NCBI GenBank assembly: GCA_949295915.1
Contig: CASFNB010000004.1
Location: 4,294 to 68,293, forward strand
Direction of reading: 5' to 3'
From: an uncultured Pseudomonadota bacterium
GTDB lineage: Bacteria; Pseudomonadota; Alphaproteobacteria; RF32; CAG-239
DNA: 64,000 nt
Shown: piece by piece, positions 48,547 to 58,839 of the stretch
Layout of the letters: every line of letters begins with the position of its first letter
Position numbering within the stretch: the stretch's first letter is position 1
Position numbers and translations under genes: made by a program
Notes under the pieces: generated by a model
The model's input: only the letters and a program-made list of their open reading frames with translations
Database searches by the model: none
Told to the model about the DNA's origin: nothing

Positions 48547-50449
48547 AATGAGTTTTAGTATTAACGGCTTGATATACATTATTGAAATCTACCGGATTAC
48601 TTAAGTCTAATGTTTTTCCTTTTTTATTGTTATCGGCTGTAACTTCACCTTTTTTATCCAACTCTACCGATTCATTCAAATCATAGTCTTTTTCATGTCC
48701 CATACTGGTATCTACCGCTTCCAAAGGAACACTTGATTTCGGAGTTTTCGGCTTTTCTACCGGTGTTTCTTCTTCAATAACAACTTGTTTACGAATGGTA
48801 TCTCTAACAATAACCGGTTCGCCTTTAATAGTATCTCCCGGAATATAAACAGGCTCACCTTTAATAGTATCTGGCGGCAAAACCTTAACTTCTTGTACGG
48901 CTTTGGGCAAAATGGGTGATTTTTTAGTCGGAGTTTTCTTAACCAGAGTGGGCTTTTTCTTAACAACCGGTTTGGGTTTCGGTTTATTTTGCTCTTCACA
49001 GTCTTTTTTACCTTGAGCCAAGCCATCCATATAACCATCATTATATTTTTCATCAATCAAGCGAGAAACCTCATCGCAATCGGTCATGCTCTTCTTATCG
49101 ACCTGTTCTTGCAAGTCTTTGACGTTCTTTTCAAGTTTTTCTTGGTTTTGGCAACTACGAATGCCCATAAAACCTAATAAAGCAATACCACCGACGACAA
49201 CGGCATCTCGAACTTTTTTCCACCAAGAACGACTAGGCGCTTCTACCGGTTTCTTTTCTTCTTTTGGTGTTTGAACCGGAGGAATGTTACCACCACTGTT
49301 TCCGCCATTATTCACATAACCTTGGTTATTTCCTTGTCCGCCCAAAACAACCGGTATCGGCGCAATCACAGAGCTGTTTTCGTTCTTCTTTTCTTGCGTC
49401 ATTTGCGGGGCGGAAACACGTTCCGTTCCTGCGTTATTTACAAAAGCGGCAGCACCGGCTGAACGTGTTTGGTTATTATCTCTTTCTTGTTCGTTTGTGA
49501 CTTCAATATTGCTCATGTCATACAGATTTTCTGCCAACATGTTGATGGTATCAATGTCTTTGACATCTTTTACCATATCTTTCAAAGAGGCAAAGTCAAA
49601 ACCTTCCGGCAAATTGCCAATCGGCTCCATATTATTTTTAGCGCAAGCAATCAAAATTTTGTTGCGCAAAACCGGATCTTTCACATTATCTTTAATGCGA
49701 ATTTTAGCTTTCGGATTTGATGTTTTGGCTTTTTTGATAATCAAATCATAAATGGCATAAGGTTCTGCATTATTTTCTTTTTTAACAACATCAAAACCTT
49801 TATTACCATGGTCAATTCCGGTAAAAACGGTTTTATTGTCTTTTTGAGCTTCAACTTTCAAGCTATTGTCTTTTAAGGCTTGAACAATATAGCTTATGCC
49901 ACTTTTATTATCATTAAAGTTACCCCAAAATTCTTGAGACTTTTTAACATCATCGCTCAAGTTTGAAGTATTATTGCTGATTTCTTTGCTAAAATTGCGG
50001 TTAGCTTCTTGACCGATATTGTATTGTTTTCCAAGGCTCAATTGGCTCAGACGAATAACGTGGTTATCAAGCAAGAAATCCATCTCGCCTTTAGTCAATT
50101 CATCAAAATGATATTGTCCGTTTGTTTCTACGGCGCGGCTCATGATTTCTTCGGCGTTATAGAGTTTGTTTTTGATACGCACGCGAATTTCTTTGTTATA
50201 TTCATTGCGCGCATCTAATGCCAAAGCCTTTTCTTCTTCGGTATACTGGTTGCTGTTTTTAATTTCTTCATAGGTGCGATTGTTGATGACAATACCCAAC
50301 ATATTGTCATATTGCACTGAAAGGAGACCGGCAGCTTTGACGGCCTTACGCAGATTGTTCAGCTCGACAGTATTCATTTTGACAATACTGTCACTGTTCA
50401 ATACTGCTTCAAGCTCTTCTTTAGTCATTTCGTTAAAATTTTGTGCCAT
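48545..50449 (-). CDS. Hypothetical bitopic membrane protein (634 aa) with an LPD7-like segment and Pro/Lys-rich tail
   Basis: TM AVVVGGIALLGFMGI; DHG...YDLIIKKAK...IRIK...KILIACAKNNMEPIG; DTIKGEPV repeats. Confidence 0.75.
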   Translation of the reverse strand: MAQNFNEMTKEELEAVLNSDSIVKMNTVELNNLRKAVKAAGLLSVQYDNMLGIVINNRTYEEIKNSNQYTEEEKALALDARNEYNKEIRVRIKNKLYNAEEIMSRAVETNGQYHFDELTKGEMDFLLDNHVIRLSQLSLGKQYNIGQEANRNFSKEISNNTSNLSDDVKKSQEFWGNFNDNKSGISYIVQALKDNSLKVEAQKDNKTVFTGIDHGNKGFDVVKKENNAEPYAIYDLIIKKAKTSNPKAKIRIKDNVKDPVLRNKILIACAKNNMEPIGNLPEGFDFASLKDMVKDVKDIDTINMLAENLYDMSNIEVTNEQERDNNQTRSAGAAAFVNNAGTERVSAPQMTQEKKNENSSVIAPIPVVLGGQGNNQGYVNNGGNSGGNIPPVQTPKEEKKPVEAPSRSWWKKVRDAVVVGGIALLGFMGIRSCQNQEKLEKNVKDLQEQVDKKSMTDCDEVSRLIDEKYNDGYMDGLAQGKKDCEEQNKPKPKPVVKKKPTLVKKTPTKKSPILPKAVQEVKVLPPDTIKGEPVYIPGDTIKGEPVIVRDTIRKQVVIEEETPVEKPKTPKSSVPLEAVDTSMGHEKDYDLNESVELDKKGEVTADNNKKGKTLDLSNPVDFNNVYQAVNTKTH

Positions 50450-50585
50450 TTTTTCCCCCGAAAAAATATTGTTGTCTCAAAATTAGCTGTACTTTACCAT
50501 ATTTTTTTCATAAAAACAACTGCTTTTTTGTCAAATTTGACGAAAAGCCTGTTTTTTTTATAATTGTCAAAAAACTGTAACATTT

Positions 50586-53500
50586 TTACCTATCATAGCC
50601 TTGATTTTGCCGATTGTATGTATTGGAGACTTGTTTTTGTTGTTCTCCGGTCTTAACTATTCCACCGTTTTCATCTCTCTCTAATCCGTATTTTGATAAA
50701 GCTTTATTGTTTTTATCAATAAACTCTTGTGCGCCCTCTATCTTTTCTCCGGCAGCCAATCTTTCCGACAAATCATTTGCAATAACTGAGTTTTGCAGCA
50801 AAATATTAGCCTTAGTTGCAACTATTGACGCATTATAATGCCCCTTTTGTGCTTGTTCTTCCTTTATTAATTCCGCTTTTACAACATTAAGCGAAGCTGA
50901 ATCTTTTTCGGTAGAAATTTGTACATTATCTCCTATTACCGGTTTACCTTCAATCATGCTATAATTTATGATACCAATCTTACTTTCAACATTGTAATGT
51001 TGTACCTCATTGTTTGCAGGTGCAACAGTCTCGACTTGCTCCTCGGAAACCGGTTGCGCTTGTTCTGCTTCCTTACTCGGATTCAGCATATCTTTCACAG
51101 AATGTATCAACTCGCTGTTTTCGACTTGGCTTTGCCCCGGTAAACGCTCTTGAGCTGCCAAATCCAAACCTAAACCTTTTTTGACGCCCTTTTCATCTGC
51201 TTTGCTAATTTCTTCTTGTTTTTGTATGTCCTCGCGGTTTTGTTCGTTGGTTTCTACCCTGTCTTGCAACTGGGTTTCAAGAGTGTGTGCTTTATCATAC
51301 ATTCCCTTGATGTTCAATAAATCTTGCGCTTCTTTAGGTAATGATGACATATCTTGCGGCAGATTATTAACGTCTATGCCCATTGCCGCCAAACTCTTAT
51401 TAACTTGCTCTTCACTTATTCCAAATTTATTTTCTACTGTTTCATAGGCTCGGTCAAAACCTCCCAATGCTTTTTCATCTTGCTTGATTTGATCTTTTAA
51501 CTCCGAATCTGCCTCTTTCAGCTTTCTTTGTTCCAAGTCTAAGCTTTCTTTATCAAATTTTTTCTCAAGCTCGGCAACTTCTTTTTGTAATTTGGCATTA
51601 TTGGGATCTTGCTCTAACGCTGCGTGGGCGGCATCTAACTTGGCTTTGGCTTCCAATACATCTTCTTTGGCATGGCGCATTCTACGGCTATCGTCTTCAT
51701 TTTGTTGCGTTGCCTCCGCAATTTCTTGATTTTCGCCCTGTGCATGTAACGTAGCAATTTTTGTTGCCAAAGCGTTACCATCTCCGTTGGCCATAGCATC
51801 TTTGATATCCTGCAAATGAATCTTTGCCAAACCTTCAACAGAGGCTCTGATTTCCGGATTGTTCATATCTTCGCCTTTGCTGATGATATCCATAATGGCA
51901 GCATAAGCTCTTTTATCATCTGCTGACATTTCCGGTTCTTGTTGTTGATGGGAAACAGGTTCTTGATCTTTAGCCTCACTCCGTGCTGCCTCTTCCACCG
52001 CTTCTTTGGCGGCAGCTTCTTTGGCCAAATTTTCATAATAGGCTTTCAAGTCAGAATCTATAATATGACCGTTTGCATCAAATTCTCTGGTAGCCAAACC
52101 ATGAATAGCTTTGAGTTGCTCATCATTGAATTTGCCGTTCTCCATCATCTCTTTTAACTCGGCTGACGAATGCCACTCTCCATCGTTCAAAAGAGCATTA
52201 ACTTTTGCCGGATCGGCATCCATCAAACGACCTAACTGTGTTTCATTGGCTGTTGCCCAACCTTGTCCGTGATCTACATCATACACATCGGCTATACCAT
52301 CGCCGTCTTTATCTTGCATAATTTCTTGCGCTGCTTGAAAATCTTGCGGATTCATAGCAATGTATTGTTGCATTTCCATTGGATTCATATGAGCAATTTC
52401 ATCCGGATGCAAGCCCATATGCTCTAATGTTTGCGCCATTTCTGCCGGTGTCATTTGAGCTGTAGGCGTCGACATTTCGACATGGGAGCTTTCTCCAGTA
52501 ACATTCGCTTGAGCCTCTGCTCCGCCAAAGGTTTCCGTTACATAGTCTTTGACATCATTAATAGCTTCCGATGCCTCTGCCGAAAACTCTCTTCCGGCCA
52601 AGACACCGAGTAAAGCCATACCGGATTGTTTCCATTCTCCTCTTGACTTTTTAAAATCTACAGATGCGCCCTCGTTATCTTTTTTTACATATTTTTTATA
52701 TAATCCGCTTGCGGTATGCAAGAAGGCCGGTCCGGCATGCTTAACGACCATCAAACTTCTGGATACAAACGCTAACTTGCTTTTGGCATCTGCATTTTCG
52801 CTGTTAAAACCTAAGGCAGCACCGCCTAAGGAAGCAACCGTTGTGGCACATGTAAAACCCACTTTAAACTTGTTTTCTTTGAAATATTGTCCAAATGTTT
52901 TTCCTTGAGATTTTGCCTCTTTTCTCATGGTGTACAAAGTATCGTATGCACCTTTGACGGCAAGGGCGGCAAATACTATCGGCGCATTGGAGCCGGCAAT
53001 GGCACTCAACGCACCATATTTGGTGACATTATAACCAACCTTGGCTAAATTTACCGTAATATCTCTAGTGACAGTATACCATTTTCCATAGCGTTTGGTC
53101 ATGTTATCATCAAACGCTTTAATTTTATTTGTCATTTTTTGAACGACAGGAATGGATTTTACTTTATTTTGAACTTTGTCCTTCAAATTTTCTGACTGAA
53201 CCGAGCTATTGGCGGCAACGGCACGGACTGCCGTTAGGTTTGCTTTTTGCGGTTTTTCTACTGCTTGGGCAAATTTTGCGGCAATTTGTTCTTTAGTCAT
53301 GCCTTTTTGAAAATCTGAGGCAAAAGCTGCTGCAACAACATTTCTTTGTAAAGCTTCCTTGAAATGCTCATAATAAAGCTTTTTAACATCTTCCGGATTG
53401 CCGTTGCCTGCCGCACGAGCATAAGTTTCAGCTTCCAACTGTGCGGCTTCGATTAAACTCAAGCGAGCATTATTTTGTTCTTCTTCTGATAATTCTTTAC

Positions 53501-54821
53501 CGTTATCATCCGTGAAGGTTAAATTTTTAAGAGCCGTTACTTCATCTTCAAATTCTTTATTCACCAAGTTGCCGTTGCCATCAATTGACAAAGGATGCGG
53601 TATATTATCCAAAATTTTATCATTGGCTTCTAATTGCTCCGGTGTGATGTTACCGACACTGACTTCCGTTGTGTCTTGTGTTTTATTGTTTTCGGTCGCG
53701 TTGCCTTTTTTATCTGTCAACGTATCTAATCTACTTATGAAACTTGCTATTGCATCTTTATATTTAGGATCCGCAGTATTCATTAATGTTTCTGCCAAAT
53801 TTCTTGCGGCTTCTCTATCAGCTTCCGGAATATCCTCAAGATTATTTGTATATTTTGACAAATATTCAAGCCCAGAATTAATGGCAAACATTTCATCCAT
53901 CGCATCATTTGCATTAAAATTCCATTTTTCCTTACGAGCTTTGGTTGATGATAAAATAGCGTTATTCAACCTTTCCGGTTCTGATTCTTCTTTAGATCCT
54001 GTTTGATTGGCTTCTAATTGCTTATCTTTATCGGCCAAGCTTTTTTGTGTGGCTTGTCCCGTTCTTATGGCTTTGGTTATTTCATATATGTCTATTTCTT
54101 CTTTCGGATGCCCCTGATTCCATAATTTTTGAATATTATCCAGATAGGGATTATTGCCAAACGTATGTTTTATTATCTCCTCTTTATCATCCAATGCCGT
54201 TTTAAAACCATTCGCCTGCGCATATGCCAATAATTTGTCCAATTTGGCTTCGGCTTCTTGCCCTTCTTTGACTCTTTGTTCTTTTATTTTTCTTATTGAG
54301 TCTTCTTCTTGTTGCTTATCTTGAGCTTTATTTTCCGCTTCATTTTCCCCTGTTTCTTGTACTGCTTCTTGTTCTTTATTATTTAATATTTCTTGTTCAT
54401 ATTCAGCACCGGCATCTAAAGCGATATCCAAATCTTCTTTGCTGTATGACGGATCTTTCATCATGGCTTCTAAGGCGGCTTCATTAAGCTGTTCAGGTGT
54501 TAAAGAAGCTTTTTGAGCTTGGGCTTTGGCCAAAACTTCTTTTGCCATATCTGCTTGGACAGAAAAGCTACTAACGGCACCTGCCATGGCAATAACATTA
54601 TCCAAGTCGCCCAGTTCAAAGCTTTCTAACTGACTATAAGCTTCCAAACGTGTTCTCATTTCAGATACGACTATTCCCGTTGCGGCTTTGTCATCTTCCG
54701 TTGCGTTTTCTTTACTGCTTTCTGCTTGCAAGAGCTTATTCATACGCAAAATTTCGGCATCGGAAAGTTTATCTACATCGAAAACTTTATTTTGAGCTTC
54801 TTCTAATGTCATTTCAGCCAT
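50586..54821 (-). CDS. Giant acidic alpha-helical hypothetical protein (1411 aa)
   Basis: Start 54821 preferred (GAGGTG RBS); coiled coils, central hydrophobic helices, DKDGDG motif. Confidence 0.85.
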   Translation of the reverse strand: MAEMTLEEAQNKVFDVDKLSDAEILRMNKLLQAESSKENATEDDKAATGIVVSEMRTRLEAYSQLESFELGDLDNVIAMAGAVSSFSVQADMAKEVLAKAQAQKASLTPEQLNEAALEAMMKDPSYSKEDLDIALDAGAEYEQEILNNKEQEAVQETGENEAENKAQDKQQEEDSIRKIKEQRVKEGQEAEAKLDKLLAYAQANGFKTALDDKEEIIKHTFGNNPYLDNIQKLWNQGHPKEEIDIYEITKAIRTGQATQKSLADKDKQLEANQTGSKEESEPERLNNAILSSTKARKEKWNFNANDAMDEMFAINSGLEYLSKYTNNLEDIPEADREAARNLAETLMNTADPKYKDAIASFISRLDTLTDKKGNATENNKTQDTTEVSVGNITPEQLEANDKILDNIPHPLSIDGNGNLVNKEFEDEVTALKNLTFTDDNGKELSEEEQNNARLSLIEAAQLEAETYARAAGNGNPEDVKKLYYEHFKEALQRNVVAAAFASDFQKGMTKEQIAAKFAQAVEKPQKANLTAVRAVAANSSVQSENLKDKVQNKVKSIPVVQKMTNKIKAFDDNMTKRYGKWYTVTRDITVNLAKVGYNVTKYGALSAIAGSNAPIVFAALAVKGAYDTLYTMRKEAKSQGKTFGQYFKENKFKVGFTCATTVASLGGAALGFNSENADAKSKLAFVSRSLMVVKHAGPAFLHTASGLYKKYVKKDNEGASVDFKKSRGEWKQSGMALLGVLAGREFSAEASEAINDVKDYVTETFGGAEAQANVTGESSHVEMSTPTAQMTPAEMAQTLEHMGLHPDEIAHMNPMEMQQYIAMNPQDFQAAQEIMQDKDGDGIADVYDVDHGQGWATANETQLGRLMDADPAKVNALLNDGEWHSSAELKEMMENGKFNDEQLKAIHGLATREFDANGHIIDSDLKAYYENLAKEAAAKEAVEEAARSEAKDQEPVSHQQQEPEMSADDKRAYAAIMDIISKGEDMNNPEIRASVEGLAKIHLQDIKDAMANGDGNALATKIATLHAQGENQEIAEATQQNEDDSRRMRHAKEDVLEAKAKLDAAHAALEQDPNNAKLQKEVAELEKKFDKESLDLEQRKLKEADSELKDQIKQDEKALGGFDRAYETVENKFGISEEQVNKSLAAMGIDVNNLPQDMSSLPKEAQDLLNIKGMYDKAHTLETQLQDRVETNEQNREDIQKQEEISKADEKGVKKGLGLDLAAQERLPGQSQVENSELIHSVKDMLNPSKEAEQAQPVSEEQVETVAPANNEVQHYNVESKIGIINYSMIEGKPVIGDNVQISTEKDSASLNVVKAELIKEEQAQKGHYNASIVATKANILLQNSVIANDLSERLAAGEKIEGAQEFIDKNNKALSKYGLERDENGGIVKTGEQQKQVSNTYNRQNQGYDR

Positions 54822-54963
54822 AATACACCTCAAATTTATCTTTTTGTTTTATTATAGCGCATTTTTAGACTAATTACAATATTTTTTTTGTCTATTTTTT
54901 TCGATATAATAAAACTGTAACTTTTGGGTTGTATTCTATTCTATCAATGGTTAAAAAAAATAT

Positions 54964-54995
54964 AAAAAAACGCCGTTTTCCACGGCGTTTTTTTT
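54964..54995 (-). terminator. Terminator after ileS
   Basis: AAAAAAACGCCGT-tttcc-ACGGCGTTTTTTTT. Confidence 0.8.
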
Positions 54996-55012
54996 GTTTC
55001 TTGCTAATAAAA

Positions 55013-58000
55013 TCAAGCTACTTTGGCGTCAAAGCAGATGTTTTTGCCTTCAATCTCGGCATTGGTCCCCTGATTTTGGGCTTTTTCAAACTTAACAGCC
55101 AAAACCTGCTCAGCTACATAAGCCTTATTTTCGTCCAAAGCTTGAGCCAATTCGGCATCTTCGGTTTGGTAGCTCAACTCAATGCGGTCAGAGATGTTGA
55201 AGTCTTTATCTTTACGCAAGGTTTGAACCAAACGAACAAAGTCGCGCGCCATTCCTTCGCGGCGCAAAGCATCAGTTACATTGGTGTCCAAGGTAACAAC
55301 GGCTTTGTTATCGGCAAAGGCTTGTCCTGCAACGCCTTCTTTCATATTCAAACGAACTTCAAACAAGTCTTTGGTCAAGGTTTGGCCTGCAATATTCAAC
55401 GTGCCGTCTGCGTTCAATTCCCATTGTCCTTGTTTGTATGCACCCATAACAGGTCCCATATCTTTGCCCAAAGCCTTTCCTAAAAGCGGGGTATACAAAT
55501 ATACGCTTTTCTCGGCATAGTTTGCCAAGTTATTGTCTAACTTAACTTCTTTGACGTTCAATTCATCTTTGATGATGTCTTGATATTGCGTGCCGATAAA
55601 GTCTAAGTCTTTACCAACCACGGTCAAGCTTTGCAACGGTAAGCGGTTGCGCAAGTTCTTTTCTTCACGAATGAACTTAGCGGCAGAGCACAAATCTTGC
55701 AGGAAGTCCATTTCTTTAACCAAAGCATCATCCAATTTGATTTCGCTCAATGTCGGATAATCGGTCAAGTGAACAGACTCTTCGCCTGTCAAAGTTTTGA
55801 AGACATATTCTGACACAAACGGCATCAACGGCGCCACAATCTTACTCAAGTTTACCAAAACCGTATATAAAACATCAAAGGCTTGCGTATCCCCTTCCCA
55901 GAAACGATCACGGGTGCGACGGATGTACCAGTTGTTCAAAATTTCCATAAAGGAAGTGACTTCATTTGTTGCCATTGCCACATCATAAGTATCAAGTCCT
56001 TGTTTAACAATTTGGCTTAATCTCTTCAATTTTGACAAAATGTAATTATCAATCGCCTCGTTTGAAGAATATACCTCTTTTGCCTTATAGCCTTCGGCAT
56101 TGGCATATAGTGTGAAGAAGTAAAAAGCATTCCACAGCGGTATCAAGGCCGCGCGTGCGGCTTTGGCAATTTCTTTTCCTTCTTTATCAACGGCTAAGTT
56201 GCCGCCTTTTAATACCGGAGAAGAGACCAAGAACCAGCGCAAAACATCGGAACCGATTGTTTCCAAAACCTCGTTCGGGTCAGGATAGTTTTTCAAACGT
56301 TTCGATAATTTTTGTCCGCCTTCTGCCATCAACAAACCGGTGCAGATACAGTTCTTAAATGCCGGACGATTGTGCAAAGCGGTAGACAATACGGTCAAGG
56401 TATAGAACCAACCTCGGGTTTGGTCCATGGCTTCGACAATGAAATCTGCCGGAAAATGGCTTTCAAACCATTCTTTATTTTCAAACGGATAGTGCACTTG
56501 CGCATAAGGCATTGAGCCGGATTCAAACCAGCAGTCAAACACATCCGACACACGGCGCATCATGGTTTTTCCTGACGGGTCGTCGGGGTTCGGGTAAACC
56601 ACCTCATCAATATACGGCTTGTGCAGGTTTTTAACCTCAAAGCCGGTTTTTTCTTTAATCTCAGCAACAGAACCAAAAACATCTACTCTCGGGAATTGCG
56701 GGTTATCAGATTTCCATACCGGAATCGGCGTTCCCCAGAAACGGTTACGCGAAATGGACCAATCTCGGGCACCTTCCAACCATTTACCGAAACGACCATC
56801 TTTGATGTGCTCCGGAACCCAATTTATCTCTTGATTATTCTTTACCATTTCACCTCGGAAATCGGTTACACGAACAAACCATGAAGACATGGCTTTGTAA
56901 ATCAACGGGGTATCCGTTCTCCAGCAGAAGGGATAAGAGTGGGTATATTGTTCTTTTTTAACAAGCAAACCATTTTCTTTTAACCATTGCATAATCGGCT
57001 CGTTGGTTTCAAAAACTTGCTTACCTTCATAATCGGGAACTTCGGAAGTGAATTTACCCGCCTCATCAACCGGACAAACAACCGGAAAATTCTCATCATA
57101 TGCGCGGCAGGCATCAAAGTCATCTTGACCGAAACCGGGGGCGATATGAACAATACCGGTACCGTCTTCGGTTGAAACAAACTCTCCGCTTAATACTTTA
57201 AATGCACCTTTGTCTTTCAGATGTTTGAAATAGGGGAACATCGGCTCATAGCTCATGCCGACCAAGTCTTTACCTTTCAAACTACCGACTTTGGTTGCGT
57301 GCTCTAATTGTTTTTTGTATCTGCCGAGCAGAGCTTCTGCCAAAATATATTTTTGTCCCTCTTCTTCCATAACGGCATAGTCAATATCCAAGCCGACGGC
57401 AAGCATTAAGTTTGAAGGCAAAGTCCATGGGGTGGTTGTCCAAACCAAAATGTTCATGCCGTTTTCCAGTTTGAACATAACGGTTATGGCGTTATCGGTT
57501 TTATCTTGATAGCCTTGGTTAACCTCAAAGTTGGACAATGGAGTTTCAGCTGCCCAAGAATATGGCAAAACGCGATAATCTTCATATACCAAACCTTTTT
57601 CATAAAGTTGTTTGAAATTATTGATAACACTTTCCATAAAGGGCAAGTCCATGGTTTTGTAATCATGGTTGAAATCCACCCAACGACCGATGCGTTTGAA
57701 CATTTCAACCCAAATACCGGAATATTTCAAAACATCGGAACGGCAAAAGTCATTAAATTTTTCAACGCCGAATTGTTCAATTTGTTTTCTACCAGATACG
57801 CCTAATTGTTTTTCGGCAGACATTTCTGCCGGCAGACCGTGGCAGTCCCAACCCAAACGGCGTTCAACTTTTTTGCCGTTCATGGTTTGGTAGCGAGCAA
57901 CCACGTCTTTAACATAAGAAACCATGATGTGGCCATAGTGCGGTGTACCATTGGCAAACGGAGGACCGTCATAAAATACGAATTCAGCAGCGCCGTCGCG

Positions 58001-58111
58001 ATTGTGGACGGATTTTTCAAATGTGTTATCTTCTTCCCAGAATTTTAAAATTTCTTTTTCGACTTCTACAAAGTCAGGCTTTGCCTTTACATCAGCATAG
58101 AATTTTGTCAT
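55013..58111 (-). CDS. ileS: Isoleucine--tRNA ligase, type 2 (eukaryote/archaea-like clade)
   Basis: DGPPFANGTPHYGH, GWDCHGLPAE, WTTTPWTLPSN, DWSISRNRFWGTPIP, DCWFESGSMPY, KLSKRLKNYPDP; start 58111 preferred. Confidence 0.97.
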   Translation of the reverse strand: MTKFYADVKAKPDFVEVEKEILKFWEEDNTFEKSVHNRDGAAEFVFYDGPPFANGTPHYGHIMVSYVKDVVARYQTMNGKKVERRLGWDCHGLPAEMSAEKQLGVSGRKQIEQFGVEKFNDFCRSDVLKYSGIWVEMFKRIGRWVDFNHDYKTMDLPFMESVINNFKQLYEKGLVYEDYRVLPYSWAAETPLSNFEVNQGYQDKTDNAITVMFKLENGMNILVWTTTPWTLPSNLMLAVGLDIDYAVMEEEGQKYILAEALLGRYKKQLEHATKVGSLKGKDLVGMSYEPMFPYFKHLKDKGAFKVLSGEFVSTEDGTGIVHIAPGFGQDDFDACRAYDENFPVVCPVDEAGKFTSEVPDYEGKQVFETNEPIMQWLKENGLLVKKEQYTHSYPFCWRTDTPLIYKAMSSWFVRVTDFRGEMVKNNQEINWVPEHIKDGRFGKWLEGARDWSISRNRFWGTPIPVWKSDNPQFPRVDVFGSVAEIKEKTGFEVKNLHKPYIDEVVYPNPDDPSGKTMMRRVSDVFDCWFESGSMPYAQVHYPFENKEWFESHFPADFIVEAMDQTRGWFYTLTVLSTALHNRPAFKNCICTGLLMAEGGQKLSKRLKNYPDPNEVLETIGSDVLRWFLVSSPVLKGGNLAVDKEGKEIAKAARAALIPLWNAFYFFTLYANAEGYKAKEVYSSNEAIDNYILSKLKRLSQIVKQGLDTYDVAMATNEVTSFMEILNNWYIRRTRDRFWEGDTQAFDVLYTVLVNLSKIVAPLMPFVSEYVFKTLTGEESVHLTDYPTLSEIKLDDALVKEMDFLQDLCSAAKFIREEKNLRNRLPLQSLTVVGKDLDFIGTQYQDIIKDELNVKEVKLDNNLANYAEKSVYLYTPLLGKALGKDMGPVMGAYKQGQWELNADGTLNIAGQTLTKDLFEVRLNMKEGVAGQAFADNKAVVTLDTNVTDALRREGMARDFVRLVQTLRKDKDFNISDRIELSYQTEDAELAQALDENKAYVAEQVLAVKFEKAQNQGTNAEIEGKNICFDAKVA

Positions 58112-58321
58112 TTGCCTATACCTTAAAATATTTAAATTAACGGATTTTGTTTTGATTGAGTGTTTTTTGATTATGTGCAAGAAAGTATATCCCCTAAGGG
58201 ATAATAACGGATATGATTTGTATATTAAAATTGCACATTATAAAGAATCTTTCAAAAAATTTATTTTTTCTGTGGGGTAATTTAGAACAGGAATCCTTGC
58301 GAGTCAAGAGGTTATAAAAAC

Positions 58322-58352
58322 AAAAAAAGCAGGTCTTTTACAACCTGCTTTT
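58322..58352 (-). terminator. Terminator after the lipoprotein gene
   Basis: AAAAGCAGGT-loop-ACCTGCTTTT. Confidence 0.75.
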
Positions 58353-58367
58353 ACAAAATTCTTTTTC

Positions 58368-58805
58368 TTATTCAGCAATCAAAACGAACTTATATTGTTT
58401 ATCATACTCTTTCACCAGCAGAGTTGCCGAATAGCGGCTCTCTACAATGATGTCAATATTATAAATAAACTGTTCGTTAAAAGAATATTCCCACGGCTCT
58501 TCTTCGTAGGAAATATTCCAAATGCTTTTTTCCGCATTTCCGGGAGCAAAGACCAGCTCCCCGCCTTTTATTAACGGAAAACGAACGGTTATCCGTTCAA
58601 ATCCGTTATCTTTTACAGTTATATAATAACTGCCGGCAATTCCGTTGTCCGGCGAAATTTTTATATAACTAATATTATCTTCCGTATACATGATATACGG
58701 AGTTTCCTCTTTAGGTTGGATGTTATCCAACTCATCACTACAAGAAGATAACACTAACGCTGTTCCGCAGAGCAGCAAAATAAAATAAAAATAAAAAGTT
58801 TTCAT
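58368..58805 (-). CDS. Hypothetical lipoprotein
   Basis: MKTFYFYFILLLCGTALVLSSC lipobox; beta-rich mature part. Confidence 0.7.
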   Translation of the reverse strand: MKTFYFYFILLLCGTALVLSSCSDELDNIQPKEETPYIMYTEDNISYIKISPDNGIAGSYYITVKDNGFERITVRFPLIKGGELVFAPGNAEKSIWNISYEEEPWEYSFNEQFIYNIDIIVESRYSATLLVKEYDKQYKFVLIAE

Positions 58806-58839
58806 AATTAATTATATTTGGTTAGAATTTATTTATAAC

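Noticed and set aside
48545-54821. Shared N-terminal motif L/M-S/T-x-x-E-I/L in the three large orphans as a secretion signal
   Set aside because: It is a generic helix N-capping box that recurs many times inside the same proteins.
58112-58320. T-box or leader peptide upstream of ileS
   Set aside because: No T-box consensus or Ile-rich peptide; only a small TATCCC/GGGATA hairpin and a plausible sigma-70 promoter.
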